A DNA stretch of 62,466 nt, counting the filler, from a bacterium (GTDB lineage Bacteria > JALSQH01), in the NCBI GenBank assembly GCA_027004335.1. It is 11 parts of 11 records of this genome, joined end to end, with 100 filler letters (N's around TTAATTAATTAA, not from the genome) between each part and the next. Parts side by side here need not be neighbours in the genome. Positions count along the whole stretch, not along the records: positions 6,296 to 12,443 come from JALTID010000241.1; positions 12,544 to 18,656 come from JALTID010000242.1; positions 18,757 to 24,864 come from JALTID010000243.1; 8 more parts are not named here. One strand, 5' to 3'. Below are positions 10,547 through 19,563 of this stretch, one piece after another. The stretch's first letter is position 1. Each line of letters starts with the position of its first letter. Both the position numbers and the translations under genes were made by a program. The notes under the pieces were generated by a model that ran no database searches, was not told where the DNA came from, and saw nothing but the letters and a program-made list of their open reading frames with translations.

Positions 10547-11503
10547 GTGAAATCTACTTTTGATTTAGTAGTAATTGGTCACCTTTTAAAAGAGAAGATT
10601 ATTTTCCCTGATGGAAAGGAGATAGGTCCGGTACTGGGAAGTCCTGCTGCCTATGCTTCTGTATGTGCCTCAGTATTAGGGCTTAAGGTAGGGCTAGTCA
10701 CAAAAATAGGAGAAGACCTGCCCGAGGAATTACTAGGGGTGTTCAAGGAGACAGGAGTTGATACTGAAGGAATCCGAATGGATAAAAATACCACTGCAAA
10801 TCTCCTCATCTACAAAAGGTCAGGGGATAAAAGGTTGAAATTTTTAAAGAAAGCAGAAGATATTTCTCCTGAGGACATACCAAAGAATTACTTTAATGCT
10901 CAGTTTTTCTTGATAGCCCCCGTAGATTATGAAGTTTCGGAAAGTGTAATAAGATTCCTGCACCAGAAGGGGAGCAGGTTATCCATGGAATTAAGTGGAT
11001 TTGGAGGCGCTTCCTCCAGAGAAGATGGTAAATCTACAAAAGAAGAAAGAATAAATTTAATTCGAAGAGTGACTCCTTACTTTGAGATAGTAAAAGGAGG
11101 GGAAGAAGATTACAGGTGTTTGTTTGGAGATAGTGAGGAAGTAGATACGGCCTACAAGTTTATTGAGTGGGGAGCAAAGATTTCAGTTCTGACAAGGGGG
11201 GAGAAGGGTGCTATTGTAATAAGAGGAGAAGATTTTTTCAAGATTCCATCTTTTCCAGGAGAAATTTGTGACCCTACAGGAGCGGGGGATGTCTGGCATG
11301 CAGGATTCTTATTCAAATATCTTAAGAAAGGTTCTCTTAAAGAAGCAGGCATCTTTGCCTCAGCACTTTCTTTCCTCTTGATCCAGAAAACAGGAGGAAT
11401 AGTAAAAGAGAGATTCCCTACCTGTAGACAGGTAGAGAAGAAAATAAGAGAAAAATCAGTAAGTGAAGAACAACAACCTTCAAAAATGGGCAGAAGGAAG
11501 TGA
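10547..11503 (+). CDS. PfkB/ribokinase-family kinase (possible inositol/cyclitol kinase)
   Basis: N-terminal VVIGH, TRGEKG and DPTGAGD anion-hole motif. Starts 2 bp after the ino1 stop. Confidence 0.82.
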   Translation: MKSTFDLVVIGHLLKEKIIFPDGKEIGPVLGSPAAYASVCASVLGLKVGLVTKIGEDLPEELLGVFKETGVDTEGIRMDKNTTANLLIYKRSGDKRLKFLKKAEDISPEDIPKNYFNAQFFLIAPVDYEVSESVIRFLHQKGSRLSMELSGFGGASSREDGKSTKEERINLIRRVTPYFEIVKGGEEDYRCLFGDSEEVDTAYKFIEWGAKISVLTRGEKGAIVIRGEDFFKIPSFPGEICDPTGAGDVWHAGFLFKYLKKGSLKEAGIFASALSFLLIQKTGGIVKERFPTCRQVEKKIREKSVSEEQQPSKMGRRK

Positions 11504-11509
11504 ATAAAG

Positions 11510-11620
11510 ATGGTTATTGCTAAGTGGTTAATAGTCATTGGTTTGATGATAGTTGGACAGGTGTCTCTGGCTACTATCAATTTGTTAAGACACCAGAAGG
11601 TTGGAGATACTTATGATTAA
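11510..11620 (+). CDS. 36-aa signal-peptide-like small ORF or gene remnant
   Basis: MVIAKWLIVIGLMIVGQVSLATINLLRHQKVGDTYD*; overlaps the start of the next gene. Confidence 0.3.
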   Translation: MVIAKWLIVIGLMIVGQVSLATINLLRHQKVGDTYD

Positions 11621-12443
11621 TAAAAAAGAAGAAGGGAAGATATTGAGAGTTTTAAGAAGTATAGGGTTTATAGGTTTAGTGACTCTTTTTATCGTTATAG
11701 GGACAAAAGAGGTTTTTAGCCAAGAGAAAGGGCTTGTTCTGGAGTATGATTTTTCTGAGGGGCAGGGTAATATCTTAAAGGATAAAAGTGGTAATGGGAA
11801 CGATGGGGTTATCTTTGGAGCTAAATGGATAAAAGAAGAGAAAGGATATTCTCTCTTTTTTGATGGAGTGGATAATTATGTGGAGGTTAAACACTCCTCT
11901 TCTTTGGAAATAGGAAATGAATTTACTGTTGAAATCTTAGCAAAACTAGGAGAGAATCCCAAGAAAAAAGGTTTTGGAACCTATCGATTAATTATTGGTA
12001 AGAGAGGTGAATTCTGGGATTCCAACAGCTCTTTTGCTCTTTACGTTGATCAGGGAAGCAGAGGTTTCACTGGATATACTAGATATGGAATGCAGAATAC
12101 CTCTAAGAATAATGAAATTTATTTAGTCTCTTGCCCTGTGAGACAACCGAATATATGGCATAAGATAATTTTAATCAAAACGCGGAACAGTTTGGCACTT
12201 TCTGTAGATTTTTCTCCTTTAGTCAGCAAAAGTATCCCCAAAAAGATGATTTCTTCTGCTCAACCTTTAAGAATAGGTGGAGTCCCCGGCCGTTTCTTTA
12301 AAGGCTATATTAGAGAGATAAAAATGTATAATTATGCTAAAGAGACAAAAGGATTCTCTTTCAAGCCCAAAAAAGAAAGGAAGACACCTTATTTGGTTAT
12401 GGTGACTTCTTTGGATGAAAGAATAAGTAGTACACCTCTTTTG
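11613..12443 (+). CDS. Secreted LamG/concanavalin-A-like domain protein (3' truncated)
   Basis: Signal-like segment, then GLVLEYDFSEGQG..KDKSGNGNDG..FDGVDNYVEV..WH..LRIGG..FKGYIREIKMYN. Confidence 0.85.
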
Positions 12444-12543
12444 NNNNNNNNNNNNNNNNNNNNNNNNNNNNNNNNNNNNNNNNNNNNTTAATTAATTAAN
12501 NNNNNNNNNNNNNNNNNNNNNNNNNNNNNNNNNNNNNNNNNNN
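12444..12543. other. Artificial contig spacer
   Basis: N-run / TTAATTAATTAA / N-run. Confidence 0.98.
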
Positions 12544-12643
12544 GGTAAAGATGGTCAAGGAGTTCCAGTGACGGATGGAATGCCCTCTGTGCTTATTTCC
12601 AGGTTAACTGTGGGAGGCAGGGTAAAATAGCAAGGAGGTTGTT

Positions 12644-13165
12644 ATGGGGGAAAAGGAAGCTTTACTTATTATTGATATGTTAAATGATTTTGTAAGAGAA
12701 GGAGCCCCCCTTGAGGTTCCTTCTACAAGGGAGATAATACCTGTAATTAAGGAAGAGATTGAAAAAGCAAGGTCAGCAGGAAATCCCATTCTTTATATTT
12801 GTGATGCCCATGATCCTGATGATCCGGAATTTAAGATATGGCCTCCTCATGCTGTAAAAGGAACAGAAGGAGCAAAGGTGATAGATGAACTTGCCCCGCA
12901 GAGTAGGGATATAATAGTTGAAAAGACCACCTATAACGGGTTTTATAAAACCGATCTTGAGGAAATTCTCCGGGATATTGGGGTTACTACTGTGAGATTA
13001 ACAGGCTGTGTAACTCACATTTGCGTGCTTTATACCGCAGCTGGTGCAAGAGTAAGAGGTTTTGATGTTAAAGTGGTTGAGAGGGGGGTCGCTCCCCTTT
13101 CTCTGGAGGACCATCAGTGTGCTTTGAGACAGATGAAAGAAGTTTTAAAGGTGGATATTGTTTAA
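12644..13165 (+). CDS. pncA: Nicotinamidase / isochorismatase-family cysteine hydrolase
   Basis: IIDMLNDF, DAH, WPPHAV, K and GCVTHIC catalytic residues. Adjacent to pncB. Confidence 0.85.
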   Translation: MGEKEALLIIDMLNDFVREGAPLEVPSTREIIPVIKEEIEKARSAGNPILYICDAHDPDDPEFKIWPPHAVKGTEGAKVIDELAPQSRDIIVEKTTYNGFYKTDLEEILRDIGVTTVRLTGCVTHICVLYTAAGARVRGFDVKVVERGVAPLSLEDHQCALRQMKEVLKVDIV

Positions 13166-13185
13166 CTTATAGAAGGAGCTGAATA

Positions 13186-14346
13186 ATGTTTTATATTGCT
13201 GATGAAGAAAAAATAAAGGCAAACTATACTACTGATGTTTATTTTGTAAGGACGGTGCAGGTCTTGAAGGCCAAGGGAATAAGTAAGAAAGTAAAAATGG
13301 AAGTATTTCTGAAAAGGACTCCTAACAATTATCCATGGGGGATATTTGCTGGGCTGGAAGATGTTCTTCATCTTTTTGAAGGAGATAATGTGGATATTTA
13401 TGCTCTTCCTGAGGGTACACTTTTCTATCCAGGAGAACCTGTGATGACAATTGTTGGGAACTATGAGGATTTTGCTATGAGGGAAACGGCAATGCTTGGG
13501 TTTATATGTCAGGCAACCGGGATAGCAACAAAAGCAGCGAGAATTAAGAAATTAGCAGGAGATAAACTTGTTGTGCATTTTGGTGCAAGGAGGATGCACC
13601 CAGCAATCACTCCTATGATTGAAAGAGCCGCATATATTGGTGGCATGGATGGTGTTGCAACTCTTGCAGGAGCAGAGGCAATAGGTAAAAATCCTGTTGG
13701 AACAATGCCTCATGCACTTATGCTTATTGTCGGTGACACTGTGAAGGCAGCCATGTTTTTTGATGAAGTTATTTCAGAAGATGTCCCAAGAATTGTGCTT
13801 ATTGACACTTTTATGGATGAAAAGTTTGAGTCAATAAGAGTGGCACAGGAATTGGGTGAAAAGCTTTCAGGAATTAGACTTGATACTCCTTCAAGCAGGA
13901 GAGGTGATTTTAGAAAGATTGTGGAAGAAGTTAGGTGGGAGCTTGATATAAGGGGTTTCAAGCATGTAAAGATATTGGTAAGTGGAGGTATAGATGAGGG
14001 GAGCGTTGCAGAGTTGAGAGATGTTGTAGATTCCTTCGGGGTGGGGACATCGGTGAGTGCAGCAAAAACTTTTGATTTCTCCTTTGACATAGTTGAGGTA
14101 GAAGACAAAGTTCTGGCCAAAAGAGGGAAGATGTCTGGTGCAAAAAATCTGTGGCTGTGTGATAAATGTGGGTGGAGGAAAGTAGCTCTGATGTCAGAGG
14201 AGAGGGTCATTTGCTCCTCCTGTGGAATCCCAATGAAAAGCTTAACTGAGAAGTTCATGGAAAAGGGTAAAATAGTGAGTCCACTACCTGCCGCTGACAA
14301 AATTAGGGAGTATGTTTTATCTCAGGTTAAAAAGGTGGAATTGTAA
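13186..14346 (+). CDS. pncB: Nicotinate phosphoribosyltransferase (short type, C-terminal CxxC..CxxC)
   Basis: TDVYF, FGARR, GTMPH, LIDTF, IRLDTPSSRRG, SGG, GVGT, AKRGK. Confidence 0.9.
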   Translation: MFYIADEEKIKANYTTDVYFVRTVQVLKAKGISKKVKMEVFLKRTPNNYPWGIFAGLEDVLHLFEGDNVDIYALPEGTLFYPGEPVMTIVGNYEDFAMRETAMLGFICQATGIATKAARIKKLAGDKLVVHFGARRMHPAITPMIERAAYIGGMDGVATLAGAEAIGKNPVGTMPHALMLIVGDTVKAAMFFDEVISEDVPRIVLIDTFMDEKFESIRVAQELGEKLSGIRLDTPSSRRGDFRKIVEEVRWELDIRGFKHVKILVSGGIDEGSVAELRDVVDSFGVGTSVSAAKTFDFSFDIVEVEDKVLAKRGKMSGAKNLWLCDKCGWRKVALMSEERVICSSCGIPMKSLTEKFMEKGKIVSPLPAADKIREYVLSQVKKVEL

Positions 14347-14363
14347 AAGTGCATGTTTCCAAG

Positions 14364-14392
14364 TTGACTTTTAGCTCTCCCTATCTTAAAAT
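14364..14392 (+). promoter_or_regulatory. sigma70-type promoter
   Basis: TTGACT-17 bp-TAAAAT upstream of the gene at 14437. Confidence 0.6.
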
Positions 14393-14436
14393 TAAATAGT
14401 ATGTGAAATAGTATGATAAAGGGGGTTTTTTAGAAA

Positions 14437-17322
14437 ATGAATTTTCATAATAGCAGGAATATCTTATCGGCTCTGATATTTCTCTTTGTTTTTTTACTTA
14501 TAATGAGTGGTTGCAGTGGAGGCGGGATCCAGAATGGATTATCTACCTCTTATGCAACATATGTGGATAGTGAAGATATGCTAATTGGAGGTCCTTCTTC
14601 TCAGGGGGCAATAGGAGATATTTTAATTTATAATAATGTGGCAAGATTTATTATTAAGGCAACAGATTATCCTTCTCCTGTTCCTCTGAGGGGTGAAATA
14701 ATTGATGCTGATGTCAGAAGGATTCCCGGTGAGAGTGGTGAAGATTCACTAAATGGAGTTCTTTTTTATTACTACCCGAGACATTATATTGTACCTGATT
14801 CCTTTTTAAGGGGACAGGGAAAGATTTCTATTATTGATGATGGAACACTTTCAGGTGTTCCTGATGTGAGGGTTACTGGTAAGGATGAATATTATCCTTT
14901 GGGAATTACCCTTACACCCCCTCATGTGAATGTTAAAGCTTTAGAGCAATCCCTTCCACTTAATTTTATAATTGATTATTCTCTTTTTCCTGATTCTCCT
15001 TGCTTGCAGGTAAAAGTGGTAGTCCAAAATAATTCTGCTTCAGCTGAATATATTTACCCTGGAATAATGGTTCTTCCCGGGCCGGGTAAATTCTTTTCCG
15101 GGGGATATGGTTTTGGTGATCCAGGTCAGAAGGGTCCATTTAACAACATAATTTATCTTGCAAAGGAATTCCATGATGTTACTTTTGGCTTTTATCCTGG
15201 TAGCATGGTAACTAAACCTCTTGCTGATGAAGGCGTTGTATCAGGAGAAGATGGTTATGCTTTGTATTCTCCAGGGGATGGAAAAACTCCTCTGAGAGTT
15301 ACGATTGATGGAAATTCTACTCAAACTTTTGTATACGAGGTATGTGCTGTTAAAGGTTATTCGGGAGAGTTTTATTCATATCTTGTGAAAAAGTTTAAAT
15401 TGCTTGAAACGACTGTGGATGGGAATGCCTGTTTAACCAATGGTAATGACAGAATGGAGAGTGATAGTAGTGGAAATAAGAGAAAAATTTGCACTACTCC
15501 ACAGGATATAGAAAAGGGGATAAGTGGTGTGGAAAACAAGGGGGTGGAAGGCACTGATGTTTTTATTGAAGATGGATCTGGTAATGTAATTGCCCATACA
15601 AAGACAGGAAATGATTCTGCTGAATATTACAGAATGTTTACTGAATTTGATCCCTTTTACCTTTATAAAACTATTTATACTGGTTTTTACCATTTTGATC
15701 TCCCCGGGAAAAATTACGATGTTGTTGCTCTTAAAAGGAACTGGGCTATTCCTACTCCTCAATTTCTTATAATTTTTCCTCCTTCAAGTCAAGGTGGAAA
15801 TGCCCTTGTGGAAATTGACCATGCTGATTTTGTTTTTTCATCTCCCGTTACCCTTGATGTTTTTGCTAAAGAATTACCTGCTATTCCTTCCTCCGCAAGG
15901 GTGGTGATAAGTTCAAAGGATTTTTATCCAGCTTCGGTTACAGGAATGCTTGATAAGTTTGGTTTTACTTACTACCATCCTTACAGTGGGAAAGTTACAG
16001 AGGTATATTTTGTGGATTCTTCTGGGCATCTCCTCCTTAATCTTGCTAACGGAAAATATGATTTTGTTGCAGATAAAGGGGTAGAATATAATCAGGTTAC
16101 AGGCACAGTTAACTTGAACCAATCTCTTGTGATTTTATTAAAATTTAAAAAGGTCCTGGATGAGGGGGAGTATAGGAATATTGATCCATTTGTTACCAGT
16201 TATTCTTTTGTACAGGATTTTTATAATAAGTCTCTTGCATTAAATGCATTTTCCATTGATGATGCAATTATTTTTGAGAATAATTTACTTCCCTCCACAT
16301 GGGAGACATCAGTTCCCTCAATTTTCGGATCTGTTATCAGTAGAGATGATGGAACATTTGCTCTTTACCCTGTGAATAAAAAAGATTATGATAATTTTGA
16401 GAATGTAGATGATGTTTCTTTGAAGGATCTTTTTAAATTAAGCTCTAATTCGGTTATTCTTGACCCTTCTTCTCCTTCCTCATATTTCAACAGATTATCC
16501 GCAACTGTTGATTTTAATTCAGGTAAAATAAGACCTTCTGATTACGATAATTCTTTTATTTTTGTTCAAATCTTTCCTTCAATGAACCCTAAAGAGTCTC
16601 TTCTATGGTGGTTTAGGCTTCTTCAGCTTACTACAGGCGGGAAAAAGGGAACATTTGTTTTTCATCCTTTTATAGCAGGTTCTTTTGATAATGATCCCAT
16701 TTATAATCCACCAGGGCTTATGAGGATGTATGTTAATACCGGGAAAATTTCAGGTGATCTGATAAGAAATGAGAATTGTTCAAAAGATGCAATAGGAAGT
16801 GATTTTGACCAGCTTTTATGCCGAATGAGGGAAGGAGTCTCTACCGCGGGAAGATTTCTGTTTTTCTCTGTTTCTTTAACCTCCACAGGGAAAAAAGAAG
16901 CTATTCCTGGAGAGGTGATTTCGTTAGGCTCAGGAGATAAACTTTATTTGAATATTGATGTGCAGAGCCCTGTATGGGCAGGATTCAACAAAATTTATGT
17001 TTTTGATGGCCTTCAGGATTATGGAAACGATGTGACTGATCCTTTTGCATCAGCATATTCTATGAGTGTGACACCCACAGTTGTATCTGTTGGTGATAAA
17101 AAAAGTATGGCAAGGTATGAGTGGAAAAGGGTATTTGAGTATCCCTATAATATCAGTAACAAGGCAGATTCCTGGTGTGTGGTGTTTGTTTCTGGTGAGA
17201 ATGATGCCAGTGGGTATCCAGAATTGAAATCTCTGGGTATTTCCAATCCAGTTTTTATTGACAGTGATACCACGCCCGGGTACAATCCACCCTGTCCAGG
17301 AGCATTTTGTCCCAGCAAATAA
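14437..17322 (+). CDS. Large lipoprotein, CehA/McbA-like architecture with degenerate PHP domain
   Basis: Lipobox MSGC, LIGGP..QG..GDILIYN..RFII N-terminus and SNPVFID C-terminus typical of the family. PHP histidines not visible. Confidence 0.55.
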   Translation: MNFHNSRNILSALIFLFVFLLIMSGCSGGGIQNGLSTSYATYVDSEDMLIGGPSSQGAIGDILIYNNVARFIIKATDYPSPVPLRGEIIDADVRRIPGESGEDSLNGVLFYYYPRHYIVPDSFLRGQGKISIIDDGTLSGVPDVRVTGKDEYYPLGITLTPPHVNVKALEQSLPLNFIIDYSLFPDSPCLQVKVVVQNNSASAEYIYPGIMVLPGPGKFFSGGYGFGDPGQKGPFNNIIYLAKEFHDVTFGFYPGSMVTKPLADEGVVSGEDGYALYSPGDGKTPLRVTIDGNSTQTFVYEVCAVKGYSGEFYSYLVKKFKLLETTVDGNACLTNGNDRMESDSSGNKRKICTTPQDIEKGISGVENKGVEGTDVFIEDGSGNVIAHTKTGNDSAEYYRMFTEFDPFYLYKTIYTGFYHFDLPGKNYDVVALKRNWAIPTPQFLIIFPPSSQGGNALVEIDHADFVFSSPVTLDVFAKELPAIPSSARVVISSKDFYPASVTGMLDKFGFTYYHPYSGKVTEVYFVDSSGHLLLNLANGKYDFVADKGVEYNQVTGTVNLNQSLVILLKFKKVLDEGEYRNIDPFVTSYSFVQDFYNKSLALNAFSIDDAIIFENNLLPSTWETSVPSIFGSVISRDDGTFALYPVNKKDYDNFENVDDVSLKDLFKLSSNSVILDPSSPSSYFNRLSATVDFNSGKIRPSDYDNSFIFVQIFPSMNPKESLLWWFRLLQLTTGGKKGTFVFHPFIAGSFDNDPIYNPPGLMRMYVNTGKISGDLIRNENCSKDAIGSDFDQLLCRMREGVSTAGRFLFFSVSLTSTGKKEAIPGEVISLGSGDKLYLNIDVQSPVWAGFNKIYVFDGLQDYGNDVTDPFASAYSMSVTPTVVSVGDKKSMARYEWKRVFEYPYNISNKADSWCVVFVSGENDASGYPELKSLGISNPVFIDSDTTPGYNPPCPGAFCPSK

Positions 17323-17328
17323 CAGGAA

Positions 17329-18375
17329 ATGAGACTTACAAAACTTTATCTCAACGGCTTTAAGTCATTTGCGGAACCTACTCATCTAATTTTTGAGCGG
17401 GGGATTACTGCAATAGTTGGTCCCAATGGAAGTGGAAAAAGCAACATTGTAGATGCTATTAAATGGATCATGGGCGAGAGAAGAATAAAGAATCTCAGGG
17501 GGAGTGTTGCTGAGGATCTCATTTTTGCTGGAAATGACAATGTGAGGAGGTCAAACATTGCTGAGGTTGGAGTTCTGTTTGAGGATGAGAATGAGATAGA
17601 AGTTTTGGGTAAGGGAAAGTTTTCAACCGTTGAAGTTAAAAGAGTTTTGTATAGGGGGGAGAGGAGTTTTTTTTATATAAATAATTCACGGGTTCTTGAG
17701 AAGGAAGCTGAGTATTTTTTCAATACTTCTGCAAAGTTATCAAAGAGATATGCAATAGTAGAGCAGGGAGAAGTAGAGGCAATTGCTCTTATGTCTCCCA
17801 GAGAGATAGCAAGAATGATTATGGACGCTGCGCAGGTGGGGGTCTTTCTGCAAAACAAGGTTGATGCTGAAGCGGAACTGGCTGATGTTAGAAGAAGACT
17901 TGAAGAAATAGATCCATACCTTTCGGAGAAAAAGCTTATCAGGGATAAGTTAGCTCTGGAGGTTGAGAAAAAACTCAAGTATCAGGAATTGGAGATTTCT
18001 GTTAAGAGATTAATGGTAGGAATTAATTTAAGAAAGTATAAGGAGTTAAAAGCAGAACTGGATTCTATTACCGAGAGAAAGGAAAAATTGCTTTTGGAAA
18101 TTCAAAGTAAAAAGGCTGAATCAGAGATGATTAATAATAACCTGATTGAAATTGGCCGTGAACTTAATGATGTTATTCAGAAATATGAAGATGTAAGCCA
18201 CGAAAAAGGAGAAGTAGAAAAAAAATTGCTTGAAACAAATTTAAAGATGAAGGGGCATGAAAGGGAAAAAAATGATTATGAAACATGCGGGAACTATATA
18301 TATTGCATTAAGTCTCATTGTGTTAATGGCTTGCAGACTAAATGCTACTTCACCTACGCCGTTCGGGTCAGATAA
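17329..18375 (+). CDS. smc: Chromosome segregation protein SMC, N-terminal fragment only
   Basis: GFKSFA, VGPNGSGKSNIVDAI (Walker A), LRG..EDLIFAG, VEQG Q-loop and coiled coil. SMC character ends near 18270; no hinge or C-terminal head. Confidence 0.85.
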   Translation: MRLTKLYLNGFKSFAEPTHLIFERGITAIVGPNGSGKSNIVDAIKWIMGERRIKNLRGSVAEDLIFAGNDNVRRSNIAEVGVLFEDENEIEVLGKGKFSTVEVKRVLYRGERSFFYINNSRVLEKEAEYFFNTSAKLSKRYAIVEQGEVEAIALMSPREIARMIMDAAQVGVFLQNKVDAEAELADVRRRLEEIDPYLSEKKLIRDKLALEVEKKLKYQELEISVKRLMVGINLRKYKELKAELDSITERKEKLLLEIQSKKAESEMINNNLIEIGRELNDVIQKYEDVSHEKGEVEKKLLETNLKMKGHEREKNDYETCGNYIYCIKSHCVNGLQTKCYFTYAVRVR

Positions 18376-18656
18376 TCCGCTGACGATAGAACCGGAAATC
18401 AGTCATTATCTGGATCAGATTGCAACGTCAACGCGGGACAGGATGCTATTGAATGGCGAGTGGCGCATAAGCAACGCGACCAAGCTACCACCGCTTAATC
18501 CGAATGACAAAAAACAGCAGACCGACCCGACACAGGCTTTCGCGCCCCCTCCGTTGAATGAAACACCCCCTGCTGACGGTTGGGAAACAAAGACAGTTCC
18601 ATTGCACAAGTACAATTCCCGAAGAGGGCTGGATTGGTACCACAAGCAATTTGATG
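18272..18656 (+). CDS. Secreted protein with GH2-like sugar-binding N-terminus (3' truncated)
   Basis: Signal peptide MKHAGTIYIALSLIVLMA, then RMLLNGEWRI...WETKTVP...WYHKQF. Confidence 0.6.
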
Positions 18657-18756
18657 NNNNNNNNNNNNNNNNNNNNNNNNNNNNNNNNNNNNNNNNNNNN
18701 TTAATTAATTAANNNNNNNNNNNNNNNNNNNNNNNNNNNNNNNNNNNNNNNNNNNN
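18657..18756. other. Artificial contig spacer
   Basis: N-run / TTAATTAATTAA / N-run. Confidence 0.98.
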
Positions 18757-19097
18757 GTTACACAACTCAGGATAATAGCACATATACTACTTATATTCAT
18801 TTTATTAACATAGTGACAGGTGAAAAATCTAGTTTTTCTTTAAAGGGCGACGAAATTTCTTTCTTCCTCGGGCTGGCAAGAATTGGTAACTGGTTATATT
18901 TTGTTGATGAGAATAGTGATAAATTTTATGCGTACAACTTTAAGACCCATGAAGAATTCAATCCTGCAGCCCCCCTGGGGGAATTGAAAAAATATCTTTT
19001 GGGCTGGGGTCCTTATTTAACAAGAGATGGTAAATATTATGATGTCTCTATACTAAATGGCAAGCGCATTGTAACTGTGATAGATTTTAGCAGGTAA
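18757..19097 (+). CDS. Hypothetical protein (5' truncated)
   Basis: Frame open from the contig start (YTTQDNSTYTTYIHFINIVTGEK...). Beta-strand-rich. Confidence 0.5.
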
Positions 19098-19098
19098 T

Positions 19099-19423
19099 TT
19101 TTGGCATATAAATCAATTCATAAAGAATAAGCCAATAGTGCGATGTGGCTTTCATTTTGGAGGCAATTTATTGAGAAGGTAACAGATACATGGAGCAAAA
19201 GGGAGATGTTTTTAAAGCCTCTAAACTGATAACCAGCAATACAATAGAGAGATATTTTAGAGATTATCGTCAGTTTAGTTATGGCAAAGGAGTGTTATTC
19301 GATGAAGATTTCATTAATTACTTAACTAATCTTGTGTTTTATGACATAAATCAGAGGTTGAAAAATAGACCTCCATTATTGCAGGTGAAAAATGTTGCAA
19401 CAAATTTTGCGAACAAAAGTTGA
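19099..19423 (+). mobile_element. Decayed IS256/Mutator-like transposase remnant
   Basis: One frame gives ...KPIVRCGFHFGGNLLRR* (CxxH motif); a second frame gives LITSNTIERYFR (TxNxxE motif). No intact ORF or inverted repeats. Confidence 0.4.
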
Positions 19424-19444
19424 CAGTACCATATTAATTATATC

Positions 19445-19473
19445 TTGCATAACATCTTTCTATTTGATAAAAT
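19445..19473 (+). promoter_or_regulatory. tRNA-Ala promoter
   Basis: TTGCAT-17 bp-(TGa)TAAAAT, 10 bp before the tRNA 5' end. Confidence 0.6.
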
Positions 19474-19483
19474 CATTTGGTAT

Positions 19484-19559
19484 GGGGCTGTAGCTCAGTT
19501 GGGAGAGCGCCTGAATGGCATTCAGGAGGTCGGCGGTTCGAGCCCGCTCAGCTCCACCA
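19484..19559 (+). tRNA. tRNA-Ala(GGC)
   Basis: GGGGCTG/CAGCTCC acceptor stem with G3:U70, anticodon stem CCTGA/TCAGG with GGC, GTTCGA T-loop, CCA end. Confidence 0.97.
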
Positions 19560-19563
19560 TTTT

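Noticed and set aside
13710-14300. 196-aa antisense ORF, and similar ones such as 21835-22248, 43616-44137 and 47401-47868
   Set aside because: They lie opposite well-supported genes, have biased composition and show no motifs.
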